Virus record (IMG/VR): IMGVR_UViG_3300019377_000001
Span: 1 to 56,130 of that record
DNA length: 56,130 nucleotides
Source: a virus
Direction: 5' to 3' (one strand)
The notes beneath the pieces are model-generated. The model was given only the letters and a program-made list of their open reading frames with translations. It was not told the origin of the DNA and did not search any database. Of this stretch, positions 48,914 to 56,130 are shown in pieces; the first letter of the stretch is position 1; each line of letters starts with the position of its first letter. Both the position numbers and the translations under genes were made by a program.

Positions 48914-49554
48914 TCACTTCACCGCCCCGGCCTGCACGGTCGTGGGCGTGCTGAAGTACGCGTCGTTCATCGAGTCGGTGTCCCAGGACGTCCCCTGCAG
49001 GGACCCGCGGTAACCCTTGGGCGGGACCTCGAACACGCCGCGATCCTTCATGGCCTGGGCCTCGTCCTTCCCGTCGGTGATCCAGTAGAAGATCAGGTCA
49101 CACAGCTCGCGGGCGTCTAGTTCTCCGAGACGGATGCCAGCGGAGAGGGCGCGGCCGTTCGCGTGTTCTTCCAGGGCTGCCGCGAGACACCGCTGGAAGA
49201 TGTAGTAGGGCGGCTGGTCGCACGGGGACCGTTCAGGAGCTGGAAGAGCTTCACCAGGTGCTCCTCGTCCAGGACGTCGTCCTCGTCCGCCAGGCGGCCG
49301 TCGATGTGCGCCCACGCGTCCGGGCCGAACCCGGCGGCGAGCCACTGCAGCATCCCGTCGATCTCCTCGACGGCGGCCTCCGCGAGGTTGAGGCCCTTGA
49401 GCCGACGTTGCATCCGCAGCAGCTTCCCGATGCGGGGGAACGTGAAATCGAACGGCCCCTCCAGGTCGTCCGTCGCGGCGAACCCGGGCAGGAACACCTC
49501 CTCGTCACCCGCGCCCTGGGTGACGCCGTCATCCGCCTGAATCGAAATGGCCAT
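48914..49554 (-). CDS. Tail assembly chaperone, -1 frameshift product (GT-like)
   Basis: The frame of ORF 48914..49345 is -1 relative to 49117..49554 and ends 1 nt before the tape measure start. I could not pin down the slip site (candidate GGTCCCC). Confidence 0.5.
49117..49554 (-). CDS. Tail assembly chaperone (G-like)
   Basis: 145-aa acidic ORF upstream of the tape measure, overlapped by a -1 frame ORF that is open to 48914. Confidence 0.7.
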   Translation of the reverse strand: MAISIQADDGVTQGAGDEEVFLPGFAATDDLEGPFDFTFPRIGKLLRMQRRLKGLNLAEAAVEEIDGMLQWLAAGFGPDAWAHIDGRLADEDDVLDEEHLVKLFQLLNGPRATSRPTTSSSGVSRQPWKNTRTAAPSPLASVSEN

Positions 49555-49567
49555 GTTTGTCGCTCCT

Positions 49568-49975
49568 CTACCTGATGGTTACGTCGATGTCGCCCAGGTC
49601 GCGCTGGTCCACGCGCGACATCTCGGCCTCGAGCAAGGGCCGCAGCCCCTTGTAGTTCCGCACCCACCGCACGGGGTGCCGCGCACCGGGCCACCACATG
49701 AACCGCTTCCCCCAGCGGGAGTAGCCCTGCGAGTCGCGGTAGGCGGGGATCACCCCGGGGTTACCCATCGGGGATACGACCGTGGCCATGCCTGCGCCGG
49801 CCTCGACGCTCATCGCGTTCGCGGCCAGGCGCCCCGACGGGTGGTCCTGCAGGCGCGTGGAGGCACGCCGAATGGTCGCCTCGCCTACTTCGCGGGCGAC
49901 CTCTTGGCGGATCTGTCGTACGGCGTCACCGATGCCGGTGACGGTGCCGCTACCGCGTACCCGGATCCTCGTCAT
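49568..49975 (-). CDS. HK97 gp10-like head-tail joining / neck protein
   Basis: I trimmed the ORF to the ATG at 49975 (MTRIRVRGSGTVTGIGDAVRQIRQEVAREV...). Confidence 0.5.
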   Translation of the reverse strand: MTRIRVRGSGTVTGIGDAVRQIRQEVAREVGEATIRRASTRLQDHPSGRLAANAMSVEAGAGMATVVSPMGNPGVIPAYRDSQGYSRWGKRFMWWPGARHPVRWVRNYKGLRPLLEAEMSRVDQRDLGDIDVTIR

Positions 49976-50600
49976 CGGCAACCGTCTCCACGGTTGCCGG
50001 CTCGTCCTCCGGCGTATCCAGTCGTCCACCCGTGAGGGCAGGCTGGGGCAAACGGGCAAGGGACTGCAGCCGCTCCTGCGCGGCGTCGCGGATCTGGTTG
50101 CGCGTCATGTCGCTGGTGACCTCGATGCCGAGGTGCTCCTGCGCGTAGTCGGCCCAGTCCTTCCGGCCCGCGTTCCCGCGGGGCGGTTCCGGTAGCTCGA
50201 CGGCCTCGACCGTCGGCACGTCGCCGTCCGGGGCGTCAGACACCGGCTCCAGCGTCGGGTACGTGATGGGGCCGCGCTCGGCCTGCCACTCGCCGGGCTT
50301 GAGCCCGGCTGCACGACGGCGCTCCTCGAGCTCCGGGTCGTACTCGTCGGGCGGCGTGGGGGTGTCGTTCGCGTCGCCGTCGTCCAGGTCCGCGGCCGAA
50401 TCCTGCGCACGCTGTGGGGCCGTGGGCGGGCTGTCAGGCGTCGCGGGCACCGTGGGCGCCTCGACGCCCTGCACGGGCGCCTGGGGGCCACGCTCGACCT
50501 GGGCGCGGCCGGCGGCGATCAGGCCGAGGGCCTGGCGCCGCGGGAGGCTCCTGTACGCCCCGCCCGTGGTGCGAACCACCATGCGGTCAGCAGCAGACAT
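49950..50600 (-). CDS. Pro/Asp/Glu-rich virion-module protein
   Basis: I trimmed the ORF to the ATG at 50600. The central region is low-complexity. Confidence 0.5.
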   Translation of the reverse strand: MSAADRMVVRTTGGAYRSLPRRQALGLIAAGRAQVERGPQAPVQGVEAPTVPATPDSPPTAPQRAQDSAADLDDGDANDTPTPPDEYDPELEERRRAAGLKPGEWQAERGPITYPTLEPVSDAPDGDVPTVEAVELPEPPRGNAGRKDWADYAQEHLGIEVTSDMTRNQIRDAAQERLQSLARLPQPALTGGRLDTPEDEPATVETVADDEDPGTR

Positions 50601-51192
50601 CGAACCTCCCCGAGATCGTCCAGGCCCCACCTACACAGTCAGCCGACGCCAGCGGCGCCCAGCTCTCCAGCACGATACCTGCCTCCTTCAGACGTTGCGG
50701 CCGGGTCGGGCAACACTGCAGCGCGTACCGGATCCCGTCGGCGTCGATCGCCTGCCGGATCGCGTCGTTCTGGATCGCGTCGACCGGCGGAAACGGGTTG
50801 AGGTCGTCGTCCGTCATCGGCGCCGCGCACCGCACCGCACCGATCTGCGCCGTGAACTGGTACGCGACGCACCCACCGTTGCCCGCGTTGCTCCCGCCAC
50901 CGATCCGCGAGATGGGCTGCATCGCCGCCCAGAGCTGCCCGTCGCACCCACCGCACGAACCACCGCTCGTGCACGAGTCCCACGGGACGTCCGGCCCCGG
51001 GTACAGCACGACCCGGCAGAAGCACGGCAGCGCGCACGACCCTTCCGACTCGTCGTCGGTGAGCAGTTCCAGGATGTCGGACAGCAGCTCGAGCGCGTAC
51101 AGCACCGGCCCCGGGTTGGGGACGTCCGACGGGAAGTCGTCCTCGGCCGGGACCTGCAGCGCGACCGCGTCCGCGGACTTCGGGCGCGTCAC
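50587..51192 (-). CDS. Cys-rich virion-module protein
   Basis: 201 aa with a GTG start and a GTGA overlap. ...CALPCFC...CTSGGSCGGCDG...CC... Confidence 0.65.
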   Translation of the reverse strand: MTRPKSADAVALQVPAEDDFPSDVPNPGPVLYALELLSDILELLTDDESEGSCALPCFCRVVLYPGPDVPWDSCTSGGSCGGCDGQLWAAMQPISRIGGGSNAGNGGCVAYQFTAQIGAVRCAAPMTDDDLNPFPPVDAIQNDAIRQAIDADGIRYALQCCPTRPQRLKEAGIVLESWAPLASADCVGGAWTISGRFDVCC

Positions 51193-52070
51193 GAGCTACC
51201 ACCCGGGCAGTCACCCAGCCGCGGCCACGTGAGCTCGCTGTGCCGCGGGAGCTCCGGCGAGATGATCGACGGCGTGGCCGCGCCGACGTACCGCGACTCC
51301 TCGATCCACGCGTCGATCTCCCAGATGCCCGTGCGCATGATCGCGAGGTTCTCGAAGCGGTCGTTGAACCCGAGCGTCACGTTGTTACGCGTGATCGTCT
51401 GCAGGCGCCGCGGTAGCTGGCAGTCCGATCGCTTCAGGCACGACTTGAGGAATTCGCACATCAGCGTGCCCGTGGCCCAGTCGCCGCCGTCGGGCACACA
51501 CAGGCCCTGCAGGACCTCGATCGACCACGTGCCCGGCCCGTCGGTCTTCCCGAGCTCCTGGCACACCGGCCACGAACCGCCGTCGGTCCGCACGATCCGG
51601 GACCGGTCGTACACCGCGACCATCGAGCACGGGTCGTAGTCCACGCCATCGATGCGGACGTTCAGGACCTGGTCCACGTCGGACAGGTACACCTCCGACA
51701 CCGCGGAGCACTGGCACCCCTTCAGGCACGTCCCGCACGACACGTTCACCCAGTCAAGGGAGCCCGGTGCACGCCACGGCACGGACCGCACCGACGGGCC
51801 CGCGTACCCGCCGCAGCAGTTCAGGGCCGGACCGCACCCCTCACGGCAGGGCCGGTAGGTCCGCGGGCAGCCGCCGTACTGCCGGCCCGTCGCGGCCCAC
51901 AGGAACCCAGCGGCCCACCGTGCCGCACGCTCGCGCAACACCGGATCGACCTCCTGCAGGTCCAGGGAGCAGCACTCTTCACACACGTACGGCTGCACCC
52001 AGCAGAACGACCCGCACGCGAGCAGCTCCCCGGGGGAGCCCGGCGACGCCTCGGGAGACTCGACCGTCAT
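51189..52070 (-). CDS. Very Cys-rich virion-module protein (connector position)
   Basis: 293 aa with ACGSFCWVQPYVCEECCS, GGCPRTYRPCREGCGPALNCCGG and SCGTCLKGCQCS. Confidence 0.7.
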   Translation of the reverse strand: MTVESPEASPGSPGELLACGSFCWVQPYVCEECCSLDLQEVDPVLRERAARWAAGFLWAATGRQYGGCPRTYRPCREGCGPALNCCGGYAGPSVRSVPWRAPGSLDWVNVSCGTCLKGCQCSAVSEVYLSDVDQVLNVRIDGVDYDPCSMVAVYDRSRIVRTDGGSWPVCQELGKTDGPGTWSIEVLQGLCVPDGGDWATGTLMCEFLKSCLKRSDCQLPRRLQTITRNNVTLGFNDRFENLAIMRTGIWEIDAWIEESRYVGAATPSIISPELPRHSELTWPRLGDCPGGSS

Positions 52071-52138
52071 CCGTCCTCCTCAGATCACGCCACGCGGGCG
52101 CCAGGCATGGCCTGACGCCCGCGAGCTACGACGACCGT

Positions 52139-52918
52139 TCAGGCCGGCACCAGGCACGGGTCCACCGGCGACTCGAGCGAGATGCCGCCGTACCCGAACT
52201 CCGCCGTCGGCGGCAGGCAGTCCACACACGAGGCGATGTACGCCGGCGGGGGAACGTCCGTCGCCATGAGGCGCATGATCGAGCCCTGCTGCATGGGGTC
52301 CACCAGGCGCCCGTCGAACGAGCCCTGCACGTCCGTGTACGGGCCGCGGCCCCACGCGTGATTGCCCTGCGCGAAGCCCTGCAGCGTGATCGAGAAGAGC
52401 GTGTCGGACCCGGCCCACTCCAGCGACCCGGAGAGCTGCCAGTTCGTGACGCGCGGGAACACGGCGTACCCGTAGCGGGCGCCAGCGCCGCAGTCGATGC
52501 CGGCGACCCCGGACCACAGCTCCAGGGCGTTCTCGGTCGTGTTGATGCCGTCCATGATGTCGAACCCGACGGCGTTGCAGTCCTGGTCCATCACGACGGG
52601 CCAGCCCGTGAGCTTGCTGATGAACCAGGGCGTCACCTGGCACAGCGTGACCGCGACGTTGAGGCCGGTGAGCACGTCGGGGTCACGCTCGTTGATGCAG
52701 ATGTCGCCGTTCGCCTTGCGTTCGAGGATGTCCTCGCCCTCGTCCACCTCGGCCTCACCCGTCACGCTGGTGAAGCTGTCGGTCACGGCGATCGAGCACG
52801 CGGCCCCGGGCGACTCCCCGGGCGAGTCGTCGGCGGGGTCCGGCGGGATGCCGCAGTCCCCGAGCTCGGTGACACGGAGCGACTGGGCGCGGAATGGCTT
52901 GAAACACTGCTGAGGCAT
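52139..52918 (-). CDS. Virion structural protein (major tail or capsid accessory candidate)
   Basis: 259-aa ORF, beta-rich, with many Cys. Confidence 0.6.
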   Translation of the reverse strand: MPQQCFKPFRAQSLRVTELGDCGIPPDPADDSPGESPGAACSIAVTDSFTSVTGEAEVDEGEDILERKANGDICINERDPDVLTGLNVAVTLCQVTPWFISKLTGWPVVMDQDCNAVGFDIMDGINTTENALELWSGVAGIDCGAGARYGYAVFPRVTNWQLSGSLEWAGSDTLFSITLQGFAQGNHAWGRGPYTDVQGSFDGRLVDPMQQGSIMRLMATDVPPPAYIASCVDCLPPTAEFGYGGISLESPVDPCLVPA

Positions 52919-52931
52919 CGTCAGTTCCCTT

Positions 52932-53810
52932 CTAGCAAGCCTTGGTGACGCCGCTACCAGCAGCGAACGTGGAGCACGGGGTGAACACGGGAAGGGCGAC
53001 GCGCTCCTCGCGAGCCGCCGCGGTGTTGTTGGCGCGGTTGATGTCGGACCGCATCAGCCCGACACCGACCCCGGCCCACACGGACGCCGTGCCGTAGATG
53101 TACAGCTCGTCCCCCTGCTCGGGGGCACCAGTGCTGTTCCACGGCTCGCACGGGTCGGCGGGCGACTCGTCGCCGGGGGAGTCGATCGGCCCGCGGCCGT
53201 CGAACCCACCGGTCTGGATCACGCGCGTTCCCGTGGTGGTGACCAGCCGGCCGCCCTCGCGGAGCAGCACGCCGGCCTCACCGAGCGCGAGCGCGATCTC
53301 CGGGCCGATGAGGATGTACCCGTTGCGGCCGCCGGTGGCGTCCGCGATCGCCTGCTCGACGCACCCGAGCGCAGCTACGGGGCCGGCGTCCCCGGTACCG
53401 AGGTCGATGGCCGTGCGCTGCAGGGACGGGTTGCCGCCAGGCTCGGCGGCGTTCGGGTTGGCGTCACGCAGGGACGCCTGGCCGGTGAGCATCTCCCGGG
53501 CCAGGGCGTAGTCCGCGGTCTCGTCCAGGTTCGCCTGGGCGACGGCCTGCACGTCGATCCCGCCGAACGTGGAGCACCGAAACGCGGTGATGAGGCTGAC
53601 CGGTCGGAACGTGACCGTGTCGGCCTGCTGTGTTGGCTTCAGGTCCGAGCAGGTAGGGCACTCACCCATCACGGTAGGCAGGAGGCACGCGGTGTCCTGG
53701 AAGCTGATGCCGCGTTCCCACCCGGGCGGTAGCGGGCAACCTCCCTGGAGGAGGCCGCCCGCTACCGCCGGAGTGCACCTATCCAGCTCGACCGGGATAG
53801 GGCTGACCAT
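52932..53810 (-). CDS. HK97-fold capsid-like protein
   Basis: 292 aa with ...GYILIGPEIALAL...LYIYGTASVWAGVG...NTAAAREERVALPVF, resembling C-terminal halves of major capsid proteins. Confidence 0.5.
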   Translation of the reverse strand: MVSPIPVELDRCTPAVAGGLLQGGCPLPPGWERGISFQDTACLLPTVMGECPTCSDLKPTQQADTVTFRPVSLITAFRCSTFGGIDVQAVAQANLDETADYALAREMLTGQASLRDANPNAAEPGGNPSLQRTAIDLGTGDAGPVAALGCVEQAIADATGGRNGYILIGPEIALALGEAGVLLREGGRLVTTTGTRVIQTGGFDGRGPIDSPGDESPADPCEPWNSTGAPEQGDELYIYGTASVWAGVGVGLMRSDINRANNTAAAREERVALPVFTPCSTFAAGSGVTKAC

Positions 53811-53818
53811 GTGCTACC

Positions 53819-55519
53819 TCAGCTCGGCGACGCGTCGGAGGTGCAGGCCACGCTGCCGCAGCCGCAGCCCGAGTGAACCGGGATGTCGAAGAAGTAGGCG
53901 GAGCACCCGCGGAAGCAGGTCTTCTCGAAGGTCTCCGCGAACGCCTGGCGGTCGTTCGTGGCGTTGAGCATCGAGTCGTGGATGTCGGTGCCGAGGTCGA
54001 GCGTGCCGCCGTCGAGGAACACGAACGCGTCCTCGGGCTGCACGTACACGCCGGCCGTCGTTGGGACCTCGCCCGGGAGCAGGATGCGGTGCTCCTGGCC
54101 GTCGTCGCCGGCGCCGAAGGTGCCGTCGTACGTCCAGACCACCGACGCGTTGATGTCGGACAGCCACCCGTTGATCGTGGTGTCCGCGAGCTGCAGGGCC
54201 TCGATGTTGTTGGCGACGCCGAGGTTCGCGATGACCTGGTTGCGCATGTAGTCGCGGATGTACGCGTCCGCGATGATCCGGTACCGGCGGGTCATGTTGC
54301 GCTGCGCGGACCGGTCGGCCGCGATCACGCTGTTGATGCCCATGAGGAACGAGTTGAGGGTGTTGCACTCGTCCACGGTGCCGAGGTCGTTCGACGCGGC
54401 GTGGATCTCCTCGATGATCTTCTGCTCGGCCACGCGGTCGAACTCGGCCAGGAGCAGCGCGAGGCGCGAGGCCCAGAACTCCGGGGAGAACTGCGCCTGG
54501 AAGTTGCCGACGGTGATGCACCGAACGACGGCGTCCGTCGCGCAGGTCAGCTCCTCCGGGCACGAGATCGGCGGGCAGGGCTTCGTCGGGGTGTCACCCG
54601 GGGAACCGGGGGAGCCGGCAGCACACGCGGCGATGTCCATCGCCTCGGTCCAGATCGACACGTTGCCCGACAGGTCACCGATCGACGCGGCCGGCGCGAA
54701 CGTGATCTTGCCGCGCGTCGCCTGGAACTGCGGCAGCGCGTCACGGATGGGGCGCCCGGCCTGCGAGCAGATCGGGTGGGTGTGGTCCACGTCGCCGGGA
54801 CCACACATGCCACACGCGGCGGCGACGGGGCTCTCGAAGTTCTGGCCGACGCCGAACACGCCCATCATGCGCTGGTTGTTCAGGTCCACGTTGAACCCGA
54901 GCTGGCGGTCCTCCTCGAAGTCCCGCGAGAGGCGGAACATGTGCCCGCGCTGGCCGGGGTTGGTGACGGCCTTCGCGTGCGTGGAGAACAGCGACCCGAG
55001 GTCGTTGAAGTCGCCGTTGTCGAGCTCGTACCCGGACGCGACACCGATCGCGCGGGAGCGGACGCCGTTCGCGGTCTTCGGCTGCGGCATCTCGGGCGCC
55101 TTCTGCTGGGCGAAGGCGGTCAGGCGCTCCACGATCGATGCGCCGCTGGACGCCGCGACAGGCTCCTCGACCTTGGCCGGGTCGGCGGGCGCGGGGTCGG
55201 CCGGCGCTGCCGGCTCCTTGGCGTCCTTCGGGTCGGCGGCGGGCTTCGCCGGCTCCTTGTCGTCGAACAGGCCCTCGCGGAGCTTCTTGAGCTCCTCGCG
55301 CTCGGCGGCCTCGGCCGTCGCGCGCTCCTCGAGCACGGTGTGGAACTTCGAGACGCCGGCGTGCAGCTCCTTCGCCAGACCGAGGTCGGGCTTGTCTGCC
55401 TTGGTGGCGGCGTCGAGCGCTTCCTTCAGCTCGTCGTGCGCGGCCTGGATGTCCTCGGTGCTGATCGGCGTTTCGCCGTCGAGGTCCTTCAGGATCTTGA
55501 GCGGGTCGATCTTGCCCAT
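53819..55519 (-). CDS. Large capsid protein with an N-terminal scaffold-like coiled-coil/acidic domain
   Basis: 566 aa. The first roughly 130 aa are charged and helical, with a Pro/Ala/Lys linker. It is the first gene of the virion operon. Confidence 0.55.
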   Translation of the reverse strand: MGKIDPLKILKDLDGETPISTEDIQAAHDELKEALDAATKADKPDLGLAKELHAGVSKFHTVLEERATAEAAEREELKKLREGLFDDKEPAKPAADPKDAKEPAAPADPAPADPAKVEEPVAASSGASIVERLTAFAQQKAPEMPQPKTANGVRSRAIGVASGYELDNGDFNDLGSLFSTHAKAVTNPGQRGHMFRLSRDFEEDRQLGFNVDLNNQRMMGVFGVGQNFESPVAAACGMCGPGDVDHTHPICSQAGRPIRDALPQFQATRGKITFAPAASIGDLSGNVSIWTEAMDIAACAAGSPGSPGDTPTKPCPPISCPEELTCATDAVVRCITVGNFQAQFSPEFWASRLALLLAEFDRVAEQKIIEEIHAASNDLGTVDECNTLNSFLMGINSVIAADRSAQRNMTRRYRIIADAYIRDYMRNQVIANLGVANNIEALQLADTTINGWLSDINASVVWTYDGTFGAGDDGQEHRILLPGEVPTTAGVYVQPEDAFVFLDGGTLDLGTDIHDSMLNATNDRQAFAETFEKTCFRGCSAYFFDIPVHSGCGCGSVACTSDASPS

Positions 55520-55655
55520 GTCTGTGTCCTATCTGTCCGGACTCGTGAGGGGAGAGACCGTGCCTTACAGACATGGTGAATGGTCGTAGCATAACTACGG
55601 CCGTTCACGAGTGGCACGACGCGCCACGCCGGAAGGCGGGCGGTACGTTCCGCCT

Positions 55656-56130
55656 ATGCCGTTCTCAGCCCGCGAAAACCGAACCTGGGCCCGCCAGCAG
55701 GTCGTCCAGGCCCGGCCCCGCCTGATCCTCGATATCGGCCCGGGAGAGGGCGCCTACGCGACGCTGCTCCGGCCGCAGCTACCAGGCACCGCGTTCCACG
55801 GGATCGAGGTCTGGGAGCCGTACGTCGAGAAGTACGACCTCCTCGCGAAGTACGACGCGATCACCGTGGGGGACGTGCGCACGTTCGACTTCCCGCGCGG
55901 CGACTACACCGTGATCATGGGCGACGTGCTCGAGCACATGCCGGAGGACGACGGCCGCGAGCTCGTCGCCACGATCAAGGAGCGCGCCGGCCGGCTGCTG
56001 CTGTCCATGCCGATCCGGCACAAGGAGCAGGGCGCCACGTTCGGCAACCCGTACGAGCGGCACGTGCGCCACTGGCACTACGAGGAGCTGCAGGAGCTGA
56101 TGGGCCCGTGCCCGTCGGTGAAGGGCAACA
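55656..56130 (+). CDS. Class I SAM-dependent methyltransferase, N-terminal part (continues at position 124 after the overlap)
   Basis: ATG at 55656. Motif I is LILDIGPGEGAY. There is no stop before the window end. The last 123 nt duplicate positions 1-123. Confidence 0.8.
   Translation, partial: MPFSARENRTWARQQVVQARPRLILDIGPGEGAYATLLRPQLPGTAFHGIEVWEPYVEKYDLLAKYDAITVGDVRTFDFPRGDYTVIMGDVLEHMPEDDGRELVATIKERAGRLLLSMPIRHKEQGATFGNPYERHVRHWHYEELQELMGPCPSVKGN
56008..56130. repeat. Right copy of the 123-bp exact direct repeat
   Basis: Identical to 1..123. Confidence 0.95.

Noticed and set aside
707-50198. GTAGCTC copies as remnants of tRNA D-arms (GTAGCTCAG...) or as a codon-usage by-product
   Set aside because: Almost all copies lie inside protein-coding genes on both strands and are read in three different frames. 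None continues into a D-loop/T-arm context except the copy at 707.
865-52934. Genome-wide reassignment of TAG (stop-codon recoding), prompted by the TAG inside TerL
   Set aside because: About 17 well-delimited genes terminate at TAG with the next gene's RBS and start immediately after (for example 865, 1626, 2331, 4296, 13019, 13995, 14335, 28163, 43018 and 52932). No other large gene shows an internal TAG. I could not identify a tRNA with a CUA anticodon.

Overview
The window is a complete, circularly closed genome of a high-GC tailed dsDNA phage of actinobacteriophage type. The first 123 nt are repeated exactly at the end, giving a unit length of 56,007 bp. I call about 95 protein genes. 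They are tightly packed, many with ATGA/GTGA start-stop overlaps, and most lie on the minus strand.

Gene layout:
- 12.7 to 5.5 kb (minus strand): packaging and head-assembly genes. These are a TerS-like protein, a ParB-DNA methylase fusion, TerL, a portal-MuF fusion and a protease.
- 5.5 to 0.9 kb: an Acb2-like protein, a glycosyltransferase, an amidase endolysin, a holin-like protein and small genes.
- 0.4 to 0.9 kb: a patch of tRNA-like structured RNA.
- 55.5 to 42.7 kb (minus strand): virion genes. These are capsid-like proteins, cysteine-rich connector proteins, G/GT tail chaperones with a -1 frameshift, a tape measure, minor tail proteins and a fibre.
- 37.0 to 42.5 kb (plus strand): a recombination block with a PD-(D/E)XK exonuclease and an Erf-like annealase.
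- 36.7 to 22.4 kb (minus strand): early genes. These include a lambda-O-like initiator with iterons inside its own gene, an rplS (ribosomal protein L19) homologue, a lipoprotein, a DUF2637-like membrane protein, an SPPY DNA methylase and a DEDDh exonuclease.
- 19.3 to 22.3 kb (plus strand): an island encoding an HTH protein, a membrane protein and an FtsK/TraB-like translocase.
- 19.2 to 12.7 kb: an accessory block with an Arr-like ADP-ribosyltransferase, a HIT hydrolase and a Stealth-like transferase.

I found no integrase, DNA polymerase or CRISPR array.

The signals the gene list does not explain are:
1. Two extremely dense arrays of (G/C)TGCA(N) hexamers flank and invade the DUF2637-like gene and are kept there by rare codons.
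2. A roughly 60-100 nt promoter-operator-leader cassette occurs ten times. It carries the 14-bp palindrome CCACATGCATGTGG and a bulged hairpin.
3. A strand-polar heptamer, GTAGCTC, is about tenfold over-represented. It occupies only the 36 kb to the left of the origin-like iterons and ignores transcription direction and reading frame.
4. An in-frame TAG splits the large terminase.
5. A tRNA-Glu-like gene has its anticodon stem closing a 71-nt insert.

All functional names come from reading motifs by eye. No database search was run.
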